From positions 1 to 33,959 of IMG/VR virus record IMGVR_UViG_3300047564_000773: DNA of 33,959 nucleotides, one strand, 5' to 3'. The stretch's first letter is position 1. Each line of letters starts with the position of its first letter. Below the pieces are notes generated by a model. That model was not told the DNA's origin. It made no database searches and saw only the letters and a list, made by a program, of their open reading frames with translations. The position numbers were made by a program, and so were the translations under genes. This DNA is from a virus. Taxonomy: Duplodnaviria; Caudoviricetes. Below are positions 23,078-32,101 of the stretch, piece after piece.

Positions 23078-23851
23078 TTAGTCCTTGACGACCTGGTTGA
23101 ACAGCTTCTCGACCTTCTGCCGGTAGGCGGGGTCGGTCTTGTACTTGGGATCGGCCACCATCTGGTAGAGCTCTTCTTGGGTCGGCGCTCCTTCAATCGG
23201 TGCAGACTGAATCGGCACCCGGCCCTCGTAGGCTTCGCGGATCTTGACCAGGGCATTCAGGCCTCGAGCCGTGCCGCCCATGATCTTGAACTCGTCGAAG
23301 TCCTCGGCTGACCAGACGCCCTTATTGACCAGGCCACGCGCCCAGTCGACCATGCCGTCGACCATTGCCCGACCGTTGGGGCCGAGCTTCTTCATTTCCA
23401 CGGCTGGGTCGACAAAGTCGGCAGACATGATCTCCTTGGCCTGGGTCTGCAGCTGGCCGACCAGGTCGTCGAACTGCGCCTGCGACAGGCCGTTCTCTTT
23501 TGCCCAGCCGGACAGGGTGTTGGCCATCGGGTTTTCGGCGTTGCCTTCGCCAAAAGATGCCAGGTCGTACTTGCCGTCAGCCGGGGCGTTGTGAGCGCCT
23601 TTGCTGATCTTGCCGCGCAGATCTCGCCAGCTCTTTGCCAGCCCCTCGAAGTCGGCGTTGCCGTCCTTCCAGAAGTTTTCCGGCAGCCACTCTGGCCGAT
23701 CGGTTGGGCTGACCGGCGCAGACGGGTCTGGCGCTTTGTGGTCGATTGCGACTTGTTGCGGATTCGGTTCTTGTTGGTTTTCGTCCGTGACTGAAACATT
23801 GTCGAGTAGGCCAGCGCTTGCGCTGGGCTCGACTGCGGTGTCTGTAGTCAT
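23078..23851 (-). CDS. Capsid scaffolding protein
   Basis: Acidic; RPEWLPENFW, LAKSW.DL, AKENGLSQAQFD and C-terminal DPKYKTDPAYRQKVEK. Start reassigned to 23851 (ATGA overlap, RBS AAGGAG). Confidence 0.85.
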   Translation of the reverse strand: MTTDTAVEPSASAGLLDNVSVTDENQQEPNPQQVAIDHKAPDPSAPVSPTDRPEWLPENFWKDGNADFEGLAKSWRDLRGKISKGAHNAPADGKYDLASFGEGNAENPMANTLSGWAKENGLSQAQFDDLVGQLQTQAKEIMSADFVDPAVEMKKLGPNGRAMVDGMVDWARGLVNKGVWSAEDFDEFKIMGGTARGLNALVKIREAYEGRVPIQSAPIEGAPTQEELYQMVADPKYKTDPAYRQKVEKLFNQVVKD

Positions 23852-24111
23852 AAGCTCCTTGCCTGGTTGATCCGTGCGATGAGATCCCGCACGACATTGC
23901 GCTGCCCTTCGGCAAAGAATGCGTGCGAGGGGTCGTTGCCTGGCACGGCGACAGGCACGTCCACATACATCTCGCGCAACCACTTGAGCAGCGCCTGGCC
24001 ATCCTCATCGCCAAACACTCTCAAGCAAAGCCGCGCTAGGTCTTCGCGCTGCTGGGTGACCTCGCGGATGTCTTCGGTCTGACCCAGTGCCTCCAATTCA
24101 TCCCAGCTCAT
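23848..24111 (-). CDS. Bbp19-like head-region protein
   Basis: RVFG.EDGQ.LL.WL...FAEGQRNVV..I..RI motif between portal and scaffold. Confidence 0.75.
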   Translation of the reverse strand: MSWDELEALGQTEDIREVTQQREDLARLCLRVFGDEDGQALLKWLREMYVDVPVAVPGNDPSHAFFAEGQRNVVRDLIARINQARSL

Positions 24112-24434
24112 TTAGGCAGCTCCACAGGCGATTCGCCGGCCTGAATGAATGGTGACTTGTTATCCTTCATGCGCATGACCGCGTGGTCGACCGCCTTGTT
24201 CATAATCGATGGCGGCATCCGCTCCATGAACTGCTTCGAGCTCGGATCGTTGCGCAGCAGGTAGTTCATCTCTTTCTTGTCGAGCGTTGGCACGATCAGC
24301 GGGATGTTGACCTCTTTGCCGTTCAACCCGACGCCGACGCTGATCTCAGTCATCACGTTGCCGTCGGGGCGCTTGATCTCGCCAAAGAATCCGGTGCCTT
24401 TCTTGCTGCCGTCTGGTCTGTTTCCGTAGTCCAT
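24108..24434 (-). CDS. Conserved hypothetical phage protein
   Basis: YGNRPDGS.KG.GFFGEIKRPDG.VMTEISVGV...GKEV.IPLIVPTL; translationally coupled on both sides. Confidence 0.75.
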   Translation of the reverse strand: MDYGNRPDGSKKGTGFFGEIKRPDGNVMTEISVGVGLNGKEVNIPLIVPTLDKKEMNYLLRNDPSSKQFMERMPPSIMNKAVDHAVMRMKDNKSPFIQAGESPVELPK

Positions 24435-26038
24435 CACATCGCTCCTTCAGGTGCGGGCAGAGCGCCTTGCTGCGCTTGCATTGCCATCGCTTGCGCCATC
24501 GCCTGCTGCTGCTGGATCTGCTGCGCTTCCTCCATCAGCACGGCACGCTCCTCGCGGGTGTTTCTTACGATCGCCGGCACACCCAGCTTGTCGCCGATGT
24601 AGTCGACGACGGCGTCGTTCTTGAGCGCCAGCTGGCCATCAGAGCCGAACTGGCCGGACACCATCAGCTGCGTGTACTGCAGGATGGCGTTGACCTCTTC
24701 CATGTTCTGCGCCATCGCCAGCGGAGCGACCGGCACCACCTTGACCTCAAGCCCGTTGACCCGCAGCGGCATGTCAATCAGACCGCGCTCGTCCATGACC
24801 TCTAGGATCTTGGCCACCAGCGGGATCATGGTCTCGTTGATCAGACGACCAAAGGCCGAGCCCAGGTTCTGCGCGAGCTCTTTCATTCGCTCGACGATCT
24901 CGGTCGCCGACCGCGCAGACATGTTGTCCGGCGGCAGCGACTCGTCTAGCAGGATGCGCTTGATGTTGCTGCGCAGGTCGTTGATCACCAGCTGCGACAC
25001 GTTGAAGTCACCCGAGCGGGGCAGCGCCTGCAGTGCTGGGCCTTGCGGGCCACCGTTGCGGGCGACCGGGATGATGGCACCTGGCACCAGCTTCACGGTG
25101 TTGGGGTTTAGGACGCCATCGTCTGCCGCGGTGTACACACCGGCCACGGCCAGCGAGGCATTCTTCAGCAGCAGCTCGATCGTCTTGTTCAGGGTCTTGA
25201 TGTCGGGCAGGGCGGTCATCAGCGGACCACGACCGTAGATCTCGCCGGCCACCTTCATGTAGCGGCTGATCACCCAGGGCGATGTCTTCTTGCGGCGGTA
25301 GACAATCTCCTCTTTACTGATCTTGTCGATGACGTGGTAGCAGTAGTCACCGCGGCCAGCGTCGAAGATTGTTGCCTCGAGGAGCTCGATGTCGTCGGTC
25401 GGCTTGTCCTGAATGCGGCGCTTCATGTTGTCGGACAGCTTGGCGTCCGGCCACTGGCGCTCGATCGATTCGCCCTTGATCCGCATCCGGCGGTAGACGT
25501 TGTCGACCTGGCCGTTCGCGCCTTCCTCGTAGCTGACCAGGAAAAGCGGCACCGGCACAAAGTTGATCGGGCTGGTGTCATCACCCGGCTGCACCATCAT
25601 GCAGGCAGTGCCGACCGCCAGATCCAGCAGGAATTCACCGATCGCGATGTCGAAGTTGGACTGCTTCAGCACGTCAAACATCTTGTCGCTGTACGCATCG
25701 AGGATCGCTTGCGCCATCTGCTTGCGGTCAAGCGGGATCGACGGGCCAGGCTCAAGGCGTGACCACTTACGCTGTGGCGGGAAAACAACGCTCTGCAGAC
25801 GGTTGGCAAAGCGCTGGGTCGAGTTGATCGCAGTCGAGTCGAACACCCGCGCCATTTTCTTGCTACCGGTCGCGCCTCCCTCCCAGACGCCATACAGCTG
25901 ACGTTGGGGCAGGGCAAACTCGTAGGCATCTTGGTACAGCTGCTGAAACTCATCCTTCTTGGTCTGAGCTGCAGCTTGGCGCTTGATGATTTCCTCGGGC
26001 TTTAGGCGCTTACCACCGAGCGGCGTCTTGTATTCCAT
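24434..26038 (-). CDS. Portal (head-to-tail connector), T7 gp8/BPP-1-like
   Basis: FDSTA......FA.RLQ, SNF.....E..LDL..GTA, GEIYGRGP...ALPDIKTLN and SATEI.ER..E....LG..FGRL..E...PL. Confidence 0.93.
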   Translation of the reverse strand: MEYKTPLGGKRLKPEEIIKRQAAAQTKKDEFQQLYQDAYEFALPQRQLYGVWEGGATGSKKMARVFDSTAINSTQRFANRLQSVVFPPQRKWSRLEPGPSIPLDRKQMAQAILDAYSDKMFDVLKQSNFDIAIGEFLLDLAVGTACMMVQPGDDTSPINFVPVPLFLVSYEEGANGQVDNVYRRMRIKGESIERQWPDAKLSDNMKRRIQDKPTDDIELLEATIFDAGRGDYCYHVIDKISKEEIVYRRKKTSPWVISRYMKVAGEIYGRGPLMTALPDIKTLNKTIELLLKNASLAVAGVYTAADDGVLNPNTVKLVPGAIIPVARNGGPQGPALQALPRSGDFNVSQLVINDLRSNIKRILLDESLPPDNMSARSATEIVERMKELAQNLGSAFGRLINETMIPLVAKILEVMDERGLIDMPLRVNGLEVKVVPVAPLAMAQNMEEVNAILQYTQLMVSGQFGSDGQLALKNDAVVDYIGDKLGVPAIVRNTREERAVLMEEAQQIQQQQAMAQAMAMQAQQGALPAPEGAM

Positions 26039-26039
26039 G

Positions 26040-26366
26040 TCAGTCTTCCTTTTCTAGCTTGTACCGCTCCAGCAGGTTGCGACCCTTTGCGGCCAACCTG
26101 GCTGCTGCTTGTCTTGTGCGCGGCACCGGCTCGCCCCATGCGTTTGCGGCCAGCGCCAACCTGGTCGGGTCACCATCGTCATCGACCAGTGGCCCGCTCG
26201 GGTTGGTGTAGAACCGAGTCAGAAAAGACCCCTTGCGGCGAGCTCGCTCACCAGACGGCGAGCTGTCCTTGACCCCAGGCTGCAGGTTGTTGCTCTCACC
26301 GGACGCCTCAAACTTGCGCCGGCCAGCCTCGGTCAGACCGCCCTCGGGGTCTTTGTACTTACTCAT
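26040..26366 (-). CDS. DUF6321-like basic protein
   Basis: KDPEGGLTEAGRRKF...NLQPGVK...RRKGSF..RF...GP..D..G.PTRLALA..AW. Confidence 0.7.
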   Translation of the reverse strand: MSKYKDPEGGLTEAGRRKFEASGESNNLQPGVKDSSPSGERARRKGSFLTRFYTNPSGPLVDDDGDPTRLALAANAWGEPVPRTRQAAARLAAKGRNLLERYKLEKED

Positions 26367-26539
26367 CCCTCGACCTTGTACTCGTCCAGCATTGGGCGCT
26401 TAGTCTTGCGCGTCTTGGCTGATGCCTTGAAAGCAGCATCGGTTGGCGCACCGGGCGAGCCGGGCTTCCTCATCTTTTCGCCAGAGCCTTCTTTGATGCG
26501 CTCGCGCTTGGCGTGAATGTTTGCGTATAGACCCTGCAT
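26363..26539 (-). CDS. Small basic phage protein (58 aa, GLYANIHAKR family), below the ORF-track cutoff
   Basis: Translated by hand: MQGLYANIHAKRERIKEGSGEKMRKPGSPGAPTDAAFKASAKTRKTKRPMLDEYKVEG. RBS AAGGAG; ATGA overlap with the next gene. Confidence 0.8.
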   Translation of the reverse strand: MQGLYANIHAKRERIKEGSGEKMRKPGSPGAPTDAAFKASAKTRKTKRPMLDEYKVEG

Positions 26540-26540
26540 C

Positions 26541-27335
26541 TCAAGCTCCTTGCAACATGCCGCGGCTCATGCGGCGCATGACGACGTTTTGTTTTGCAGC
26601 TTTACGCTCACCGACCTCGCGCTCGTATGTCTTGCCGAGCTCTTCGCGCTTTTGTTGAAACTGACCTGTCTCAAACGTCGGCAGCTGCGGCGCTGATGGC
26701 GCAGACGGTGGCGTCGGTAGACTGAGCGTCGGCGCAGAAATGTTCGGCGCTTGCGGCGGTGCCTCGCTGAATGCGGGAACGTCGCGTGTACGAAACACCT
26801 GCTGCTCTGTGACATCGACCGTCCGGCCTCTGTTTTGCGTTTGACCGGTCACGACGGTGTCAATGAAGTACCCAGACGGCAGGTTGTTCTGCGAATACAG
26901 CTGGCCACCGATGTTGTAAGACGTGCCTGACCGCCCTTGGGATACCGCAGTGGCGCTCACTCTCTCGGTCGGATTCGCAGCAATATTGGCCAGTGTTGCG
27001 TTGTACGCATTCAACCGCTGCTGATATGCCGCGACCTGGGCGTCGTAGTTCGCCATCGTTTGGGCGTATGCCTGCGACTGTTGTTGAAACGCAGTATTCG
27101 CAGCCAGCACTTGACTCTGGTAGGCAGGGAAGTCCTGCTGCGTGTATCTGTTGACCGCGGCCTCGTAGGGGTCGAGCACCGCTTTGGTTTGAGCAGTCCA
27201 GTTCTTGAAACCAGTGGCCTGATCCTGGGCGACATCAAAAAGGCCGCTCTGGTATGTCTTAGCCAGGCGCTCGATGTCTGCAGTCGCACGACGTGCGGCC
27301 TGCTTCTTTTGGTACATGCTTGGGCCGGTCGCCAT
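26541..27335 (-). CDS. Gln/Ala-rich hypothetical protein (probably virion-associated)
   Basis: 264-aa ORF, TAATG-coupled; coiled coil plus Pro-rich linker; upstream of the portal. Confidence 0.7.
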   Translation of the reverse strand: MATGPSMYQKKQAARRATADIERLAKTYQSGLFDVAQDQATGFKNWTAQTKAVLDPYEAAVNRYTQQDFPAYQSQVLAANTAFQQQSQAYAQTMANYDAQVAAYQQRLNAYNATLANIAANPTERVSATAVSQGRSGTSYNIGGQLYSQNNLPSGYFIDTVVTGQTQNRGRTVDVTEQQVFRTRDVPAFSEAPPQAPNISAPTLSLPTPPSAPSAPQLPTFETGQFQQKREELGKTYEREVGERKAAKQNVVMRRMSRGMLQGA

Positions 27336-27859
27336 TACATCATCCCCATGCCAGCGCCGAGGGTGTCTTGGGTGATGCCGAGCTCGGGCGTCAGACGTTC
27401 TTGAGAGAGCAGGGCGCGGCGGCCACCGCGGGTGCGAGCTTTGAGCTGGGTTGCTTGCTGCTCTGCAGCCTTGCGGCGCTCTTCATCGATCTGACCCTGG
27501 ATCTCTTTGGCCTTGCGCTCCATCTCCATGCGCGAGGCCTCGTACTGCGAGACACCGGTCTCGTAGGCCTTGGTGTTTAGCGCCAGCTGATTCTGCGCAA
27601 CCGACAGCTGCTCAGACATTGCCTTCGTCGTGGATGCAAGCTGCTCTTTCGCAAGCCGCGACTGCTCTTCGAGCGCGCCGGCCTGTCTACTGAATACCGA
27701 AGTCTGCTCAGACAGTTTTGTTTGAAATGCCGCTTGATCTGCAGCCTGTCGCTCAAGCGCTGCCCGCTGCTGCGATTCGGCCTCTCTGCGCGCCTTGCGC
27801 GATTCGTTGGCGGTGTAGGCAGAGCCCAAAAGGATCGCGCCCGCAATGAAGAATGGCAT
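27335..27859 (-). CDS. Coiled-coil virion-associated protein (pre-portal, T7 gp7.3-position-like)
   Basis: Hydrophobic N-terminus, long coiled coil and C-terminal GGRRALLS...TLG; RBS AGGAGG. Confidence 0.7.
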   Translation of the reverse strand: MPFFIAGAILLGSAYTANESRKARREAESQQRAALERQAADQAAFQTKLSEQTSVFSRQAGALEEQSRLAKEQLASTTKAMSEQLSVAQNQLALNTKAYETGVSQYEASRMEMERKAKEIQGQIDEERRKAAEQQATQLKARTRGGRRALLSQERLTPELGITQDTLGAGMGMM

Positions 27860-27861
27860 GA

Positions 27862-28182
27862 CTACCTCCTAATCAGAACTTCATCCAGTTTGTCGACATC
27901 GGTCTCGTCGGTTGCGTGGATGCAAAACCAGACCGCATCTTCGAGCGCTGTGATCTGGTGATGCGTGTTCGCCAGGATGGTCACGCACGCCGGCGCACGC
28001 AGCATCTGCACCACGCCATCGGCCTCGAGCTCCACCACGCCCGCAGCCAGAATGCTCAGATGGTCGTACTCATGCGCATGAGTCACCGCGAAATGCCCAG
28101 CAGGCAGCAGCATCTTTCGCGCATACACCCCATCACTGAAGTGATGCGAGATGTTCAGATCGATCTCGATGTTGTCGTCCAT
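27862..28182 (-). CDS. Cupin-fold protein
   Basis: HHFSDGVYARKM.LPAG...VTHAH.YDHLSIL..G.V...AP.......THH.ITALEDAVWFCIH; His-rich metal site. Confidence 0.8.
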   Translation of the reverse strand: MDDNIEIDLNISHHFSDGVYARKMLLPAGHFAVTHAHEYDHLSILAAGVVELEADGVVQMLRAPACVTILANTHHQITALEDAVWFCIHATDETDVDKLDEVLIRR

Positions 28183-28244
28183 ATAGCAAGCGATTCTATT
28201 GGAAATTGGTCATATACAAGGCGCTTTGATATCAGCTGGATATA

Positions 28245-29798
28245 TCAATCAAGCGGGTTGAACTCCATGCTCGCGGTCACCGGCTTGGGTGGTGCGGCAC
28301 CGTAGGAAAGCGAGCGGGTCATGCGGTTGTATTCGCCGCCGCCCAGCATCAGGTAGCCGAACGAATCACCGATGTGTGAGTGCTCGTTCTTGTTGGGGGC
28401 ATCGCGGAACCGCTCCTGGCCTGCGCCGACCGCCACACGCTTGAAGTGATAACCACCGCCCAGGGCTTTGCGTAGCAGCTTGCATTGCCGGTTGACAATC
28501 AGCCCAGGCTTGCCGTTGATCAGGCGCTGCATCGGGGCGGCAGACGCCTCCCGGCGCACCTTGAAATCGTTGCTGGCCGTCGGTTGAGCTCGCAGCCCCA
28601 GCGTGCGCAGAAACTCAAAGCTGGTGACCTCGTAGATGGCATCTCGCGCCATACCTGCCGGGTCGCCCCAGAGCATGACTTGATGGTTCGGATACCGCTG
28701 GTTGAGCTCGGCCAGCAGCTGCATCCCGAACCGCTCGAGACCCATGTCGAAGGTGACGATCTCATGGTGGATCAGCCAGCGACCGTTGGGCAGGCGCTGC
28801 CCGATCGTGGCCGCAGGCGTCAAACCGAAGTCGAGACCTACCTGGATCGGCACACCCGGCTCGACCTCGGTGTCGCCCGACATGGCCGAGTCTTCGTACT
28901 CCGGCCAGACGGGTCGGCCTTCTTGGACGTAGGTGTACAGACCGCCGGCATAGCAGCGAATCCAGTCTAGGTTCTTACCCAGCAGCATCTGCGGGTAGTA
29001 GCCACCAGGCAGGTTGTTGATGTTCTCGGCTTGCGGGTTGACCTTCCACCACTTGCCGGCAGAAAACACATGATCATTGGCCTCGGGGTTGTCGGGCAGG
29101 TGGTCAGCGTCGACCTCCATGACGCCGCCAGGCTGCTTCCAGAAGCGCCAGGCATACGGGCCGGTCATCTTTTCCTTCTCGGCCATGTTGTGCCACCAGT
29201 GGTCGTCATCCATCGGGTTGGTGTCCATCCAGATGCCGCGCCAGGTCGCACCACCGTCGCGCTTGGTCGGGTAGCGTCCGACCCGGTGGGTCAGGCCGTC
29301 GATCACCGCCTTGGGCAGTTCTCGGGCCTCATTGACCCAGGCACCGGTCAGCTCGAGCGAGAGCAGTTTTCTGACGTCCTTGGGCTGGTCTAACGCCAGA
29401 AAGATGACCTCGCAGTCGATACCTGTGGCATCCCCGCGGGCGGGTAGTCGGATGTGATGCGTGATCGGCGGCGTCCACAGCATCGGGCCAAAGGTAGCCT
29501 CAGGGAACAGATCCAGCCAGGTCTTGATCGTCGTGGTCTTCAGCATTGGGTAGCTGTTTCGCACCACCGCAAAGCGCGTATACCGGATGTTGTCGATCGG
29601 CGAAGGCTTCTGCTTGATCGCCTTCAGGAAGATTTTTGCCGCGCAGGCGTATGACTTGCCCGAGCCCACCGGCCCCATCAGACCCTGCACAAAGGCGTTG
29701 CTCTGGATGAAGTCGTAAATCACTGGGCTCTGACTGAAGTCCAGGTTCAGGCCCGCGCCTGAGACTGCTTTGTCCGACTGTTCTTTCGTTCTTGCCAC
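28245..29798 (-). CDS. terL: Terminase large subunit
   Basis: Walker A GPVGSGKS, Walker B AWVNEARE, MDTNP motif, nuclease GLDFGLTPA and C-terminal KNEHSHIGDSFGY. Confidence 0.93.
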   Translation of the reverse strand: MARTKEQSDKAVSGAGLNLDFSQSPVIYDFIQSNAFVQGLMGPVGSGKSYACAAKIFLKAIKQKPSPIDNIRYTRFAVVRNSYPMLKTTTIKTWLDLFPEATFGPMLWTPPITHHIRLPARGDATGIDCEVIFLALDQPKDVRKLLSLELTGAWVNEARELPKAVIDGLTHRVGRYPTKRDGGATWRGIWMDTNPMDDDHWWHNMAEKEKMTGPYAWRFWKQPGGVMEVDADHLPDNPEANDHVFSAGKWWKVNPQAENINNLPGGYYPQMLLGKNLDWIRCYAGGLYTYVQEGRPVWPEYEDSAMSGDTEVEPGVPIQVGLDFGLTPAATIGQRLPNGRWLIHHEIVTFDMGLERFGMQLLAELNQRYPNHQVMLWGDPAGMARDAIYEVTSFEFLRTLGLRAQPTASNDFKVRREASAAPMQRLINGKPGLIVNRQCKLLRKALGGGYHFKRVAVGAGQERFRDAPNKNEHSHIGDSFGYLMLGGGEYNRMTRSLSYGAAPPKPVTASMEFNPLD

Positions 29799-29813
29799 GT
29801 TTCCTCCAGAGAC

Positions 29814-30122
29814 TCATTTTGATCTTGCGCGGATCATCATTGCACCAATTACCCCTTGGTTATGCCATTCCCCGTGCAACCATTCTTCGCATACCTTCGC
29901 GCATTCCTCCCGTTCTGCCGCTGCGCCATCGGCAATTGCAGCTTCAACGACTATGTTGTACTGCTCATGCGTCAAAGCTATAGGATATTTTCTGCCACGT
30001 TCCTGCTCAACTAAAGCAACAAAGCTCTCAAGGTTGTCAGGCTGCCAAACATCCCACCCGTCGCTGGTTTCAACCATCAAACCAGCCTCACGCGCCATGC
30101 GGATAATGTCATCTCTTGTCAT
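29814..30122 (-). CDS. MTRDDIIRMAREAG/AEREECAK-type hypothetical protein inserted between terS and terL
   Basis: Characteristic N- and C-terminal motifs of this proteobacterial phage family; visibly more AT-rich than its flanks. Confidence 0.75.
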   Translation of the reverse strand: MTRDDIIRMAREAGLMVETSDGWDVWQPDNLESFVALVEQERGRKYPIALTHEQYNIVVEAAIADGAAAEREECAKVCEEWLHGEWHNQGVIGAMMIRARSK

Positions 30123-30538
30123 TGCTCACCCCTTGGTGGTGCCACCACGTTCACATCGATCACAGACGGTTTGTCATTCTCATCAGGGTTGTCCAACAAG
30201 CCAGACGCTTTTGCCAGCAACCGCAGCACGCCCACCTTGTCGTACAGTTCGATGTCCAAAAAGCTGTTGCCTTCCTTGTCCGTCCTGACCGAGACCTTCT
30301 TGATCGCCTGCAAAGCGTGTTCAGGGATCTGGTGCGCCGCCTTGACCTTGACGTTGCCGTCCTCATCCCAAGACATGATGTCCGTGATCTTGGTATTGGC
30401 CATGCACAGCAAGGCATAGCTGACCGCCTCACGGTTCTGGATCAGGGTGTTTGAGCGCTCCAACCGACGCTGTATCGAGCGAGTACCACCCCAGTTCGTC
30501 AGGGGCGGTACCACGTTGGATTGTTTCTTGGCAGCCAT
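30119..30538 (-). CDS. terS: Terminase small subunit
   Basis: A...ITDIMSWDEDG.V.VK....IPE....AIK.V.......IELYDK...L.LL.K..GLL; upstream of terL. Confidence 0.78.
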   Translation of the reverse strand: MAAKKQSNVVPPLTNWGGTRSIQRRLERSNTLIQNREAVSYALLCMANTKITDIMSWDEDGNVKVKAAHQIPEHALQAIKKVSVRTDKEGNSFLDIELYDKVGVLRLLAKASGLLDNPDENDKPSVIDVNVVAPPRGEQ

Positions 30539-30810
30539 CAGAAGGGGATGTCTTCGTCGTTCGACGGCTGCGGCTGGTAGCCGTTCGCCTTCGCCTGGTT
30601 GTGCGCAGACGGCTCACCACCAGCCACCTGAGCGCCGATCTTGATCGCCAACCAGGTCTCGCCCGCCTTAGTCTTCTTCGGGCTCGCGTCCAGCCAATGC
30701 ACCGACCCATCCGGCAACATGATCCGACCCCGATACGCCGGGTGCCAGTCCTCCGTCTTCTTGTCGTTCTTGAAAGCAGAGCCTTGTCCAGGTCTCATCT
30801 CATAAGCCAT
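30538..30810 (-). CDS. Small SSB-like protein with acidic DEDIPF tail
   Basis: GSAFKNDKK.EDWHPAYRG.I.......WL.A..K..KAG..WL.I OB-like core and SSB-type C-terminal DIPF. Confidence 0.75.
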   Translation of the reverse strand: MAYEMRPGQGSAFKNDKKTEDWHPAYRGRIMLPDGSVHWLDASPKKTKAGETWLAIKIGAQVAGGEPSAHNQAKANGYQPQPSNDEDIPF

Positions 30811-31132
30811 ACAACCTCCATGAAAAAGTAGGGAAAATTTTTGTCAGAGCCCCGCAACGCCACCGTGTGGGGGAGGGGGGAAAGGGTGCCTTTCTGACAG
30901 CGATCATGCCAAGCTGGCAACCAGATGCGTTTGCAGAACCGCAGGCCTCGAGCTCCGGTCGGATGCAGACACGTCAGCGCACCCCCTGCCTGCCGGACAC
31001 GTCCAACACGCAGACGAACGTATGGGTTTTGTACAGACCGCACAGAACGCGCTACAAGCCGTTTTCCTGCCTGACCCATGTCTGCCTATCACCTGACCCA
31101 TGATCGCGCCTTGTGGGTGCCTTCTCGTTCGT

Positions 31133-32101
31133 TTAAATGCCATGCCGTGCTGTCAGCTGGTCTGCGTGCAGCGTGATCAGGTCGTTTGCCAGCACCGCGC
31201 CATCGGTCGGTAGCGCCAGGCCTTCGGATGCGTAGCGTTCTGACAACCTATCGATCAGCGTTTCAACTTCAGCAGCGCTTACATGTTCAACAACCGCTTC
31301 GATTATTTCTTGGTTGCTTAGAACATTAAAACCTTTATTTATAAATAACCTTAATACCTTATCTATACCTATGTTCTTTGTGTTTAGCGCAACCTCTGGA
31401 TGTAGCCGATGAGGTTGCCTATGTACTGAGTTATCCACAGCTTCAGGTTGCCTATGTGACGGCTCCTCATTAGCAACCTCTGAAGGTAGCGTATCAGTCG
31501 CCTTCGATTGCTTCTTCTTGGCGATCTCTTTCTTCATCTTTGCAACGGTGACGGTGTCTCCTGACTTCGGCATCTGGTACTCCTTTGCTGGTTGTGTGAC
31601 GGGTTTGACTGCACCCTTGATCATGTCGTGGATGCGTTTGAGTCCTTCTGGATCTGGTGTCATGTCTTGCATCTGCTTCTCCTTCATTAGCGGTGTCCTG
31701 GTGTCTTCGATGCGACTGGTGATGGCCACAGCTGTCTCAGCGTCGATGCTCTTGTCGAAGATCAGCCGGATGCTGTTGGCTCGCTCGCCTCTCCAGCCTT
31801 TGCTGACCACCTCGAGGTAGCCGGCCTTGACCAGCTTGCCGACTTGCCGGGTGATGGCCTGCCTGCTGACGCCCAGGTCTTGCGCCAGGCGTGCTTGCCC
31901 GACCCAAGTGATCCCAGCTCGGTTGCAGTAGCTGGCAACCAGGAGCAGGGTGCGCATCATGCCTTCGGTCAGGCTGCGGTCGGTGGCTGCTCGGATCGGG
32001 ATGACGGCCAGCTTGCGCTGATCCGGTGCCGGCTCCTTCTCCTTGATCCGCGGCTTCTTGGGCAAGGTGAACTGCACGATGTTGTCAGGCACGGCGCTCA
32101 C
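31133..32101 (-). CDS. Replication initiator with N-terminal winged HTH
   Basis: D..LT....RTL..VASYCNRAG..WVGQ.RLAQDLGVSRQAITR.V.KLVKAGYL is typical of phage Rep/O-like proteins; contains internal origin repeats. The start is probably the GTG at 32101 (track gives 32107). Confidence 0.75.
   Translation of the reverse strand: MSAVPDNIVQFTLPKKPRIKEKEPAPDQRKLAVIPIRAATDRSLTEGMMRTLLLVASYCNRAGITWVGQARLAQDLGVSRQAITRQVGKLVKAGYLEVVSKGWRGERANSIRLIFDKSIDAETAVAITSRIEDTRTPLMKEKQMQDMTPDPEGLKRIHDMIKGAVKPVTQPAKEYQMPKSGDTVTVAKMKKEIAKKKQSKATDTLPSEVANEEPSHRQPEAVDNSVHRQPHRLHPEVALNTKNIGIDKVLRLFINKGFNVLSNQEIIEAVVEHVSAAEVETLIDRLSERYASEGLALPTDGAVLANDLITLHADQLTARHGI
31300..31490. promoter_or_regulatory. Putative replication origin: AT-rich tract, iterons and DnaA box
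   Basis: AT-rich 31300-31385; GCAACCTC at 31389 and 31473; AGGTTGCCTATGT at 31412-31424 and 31445-31457; perfect DnaA box TTATCCACA at 31431-31439. Confidence 0.75.
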
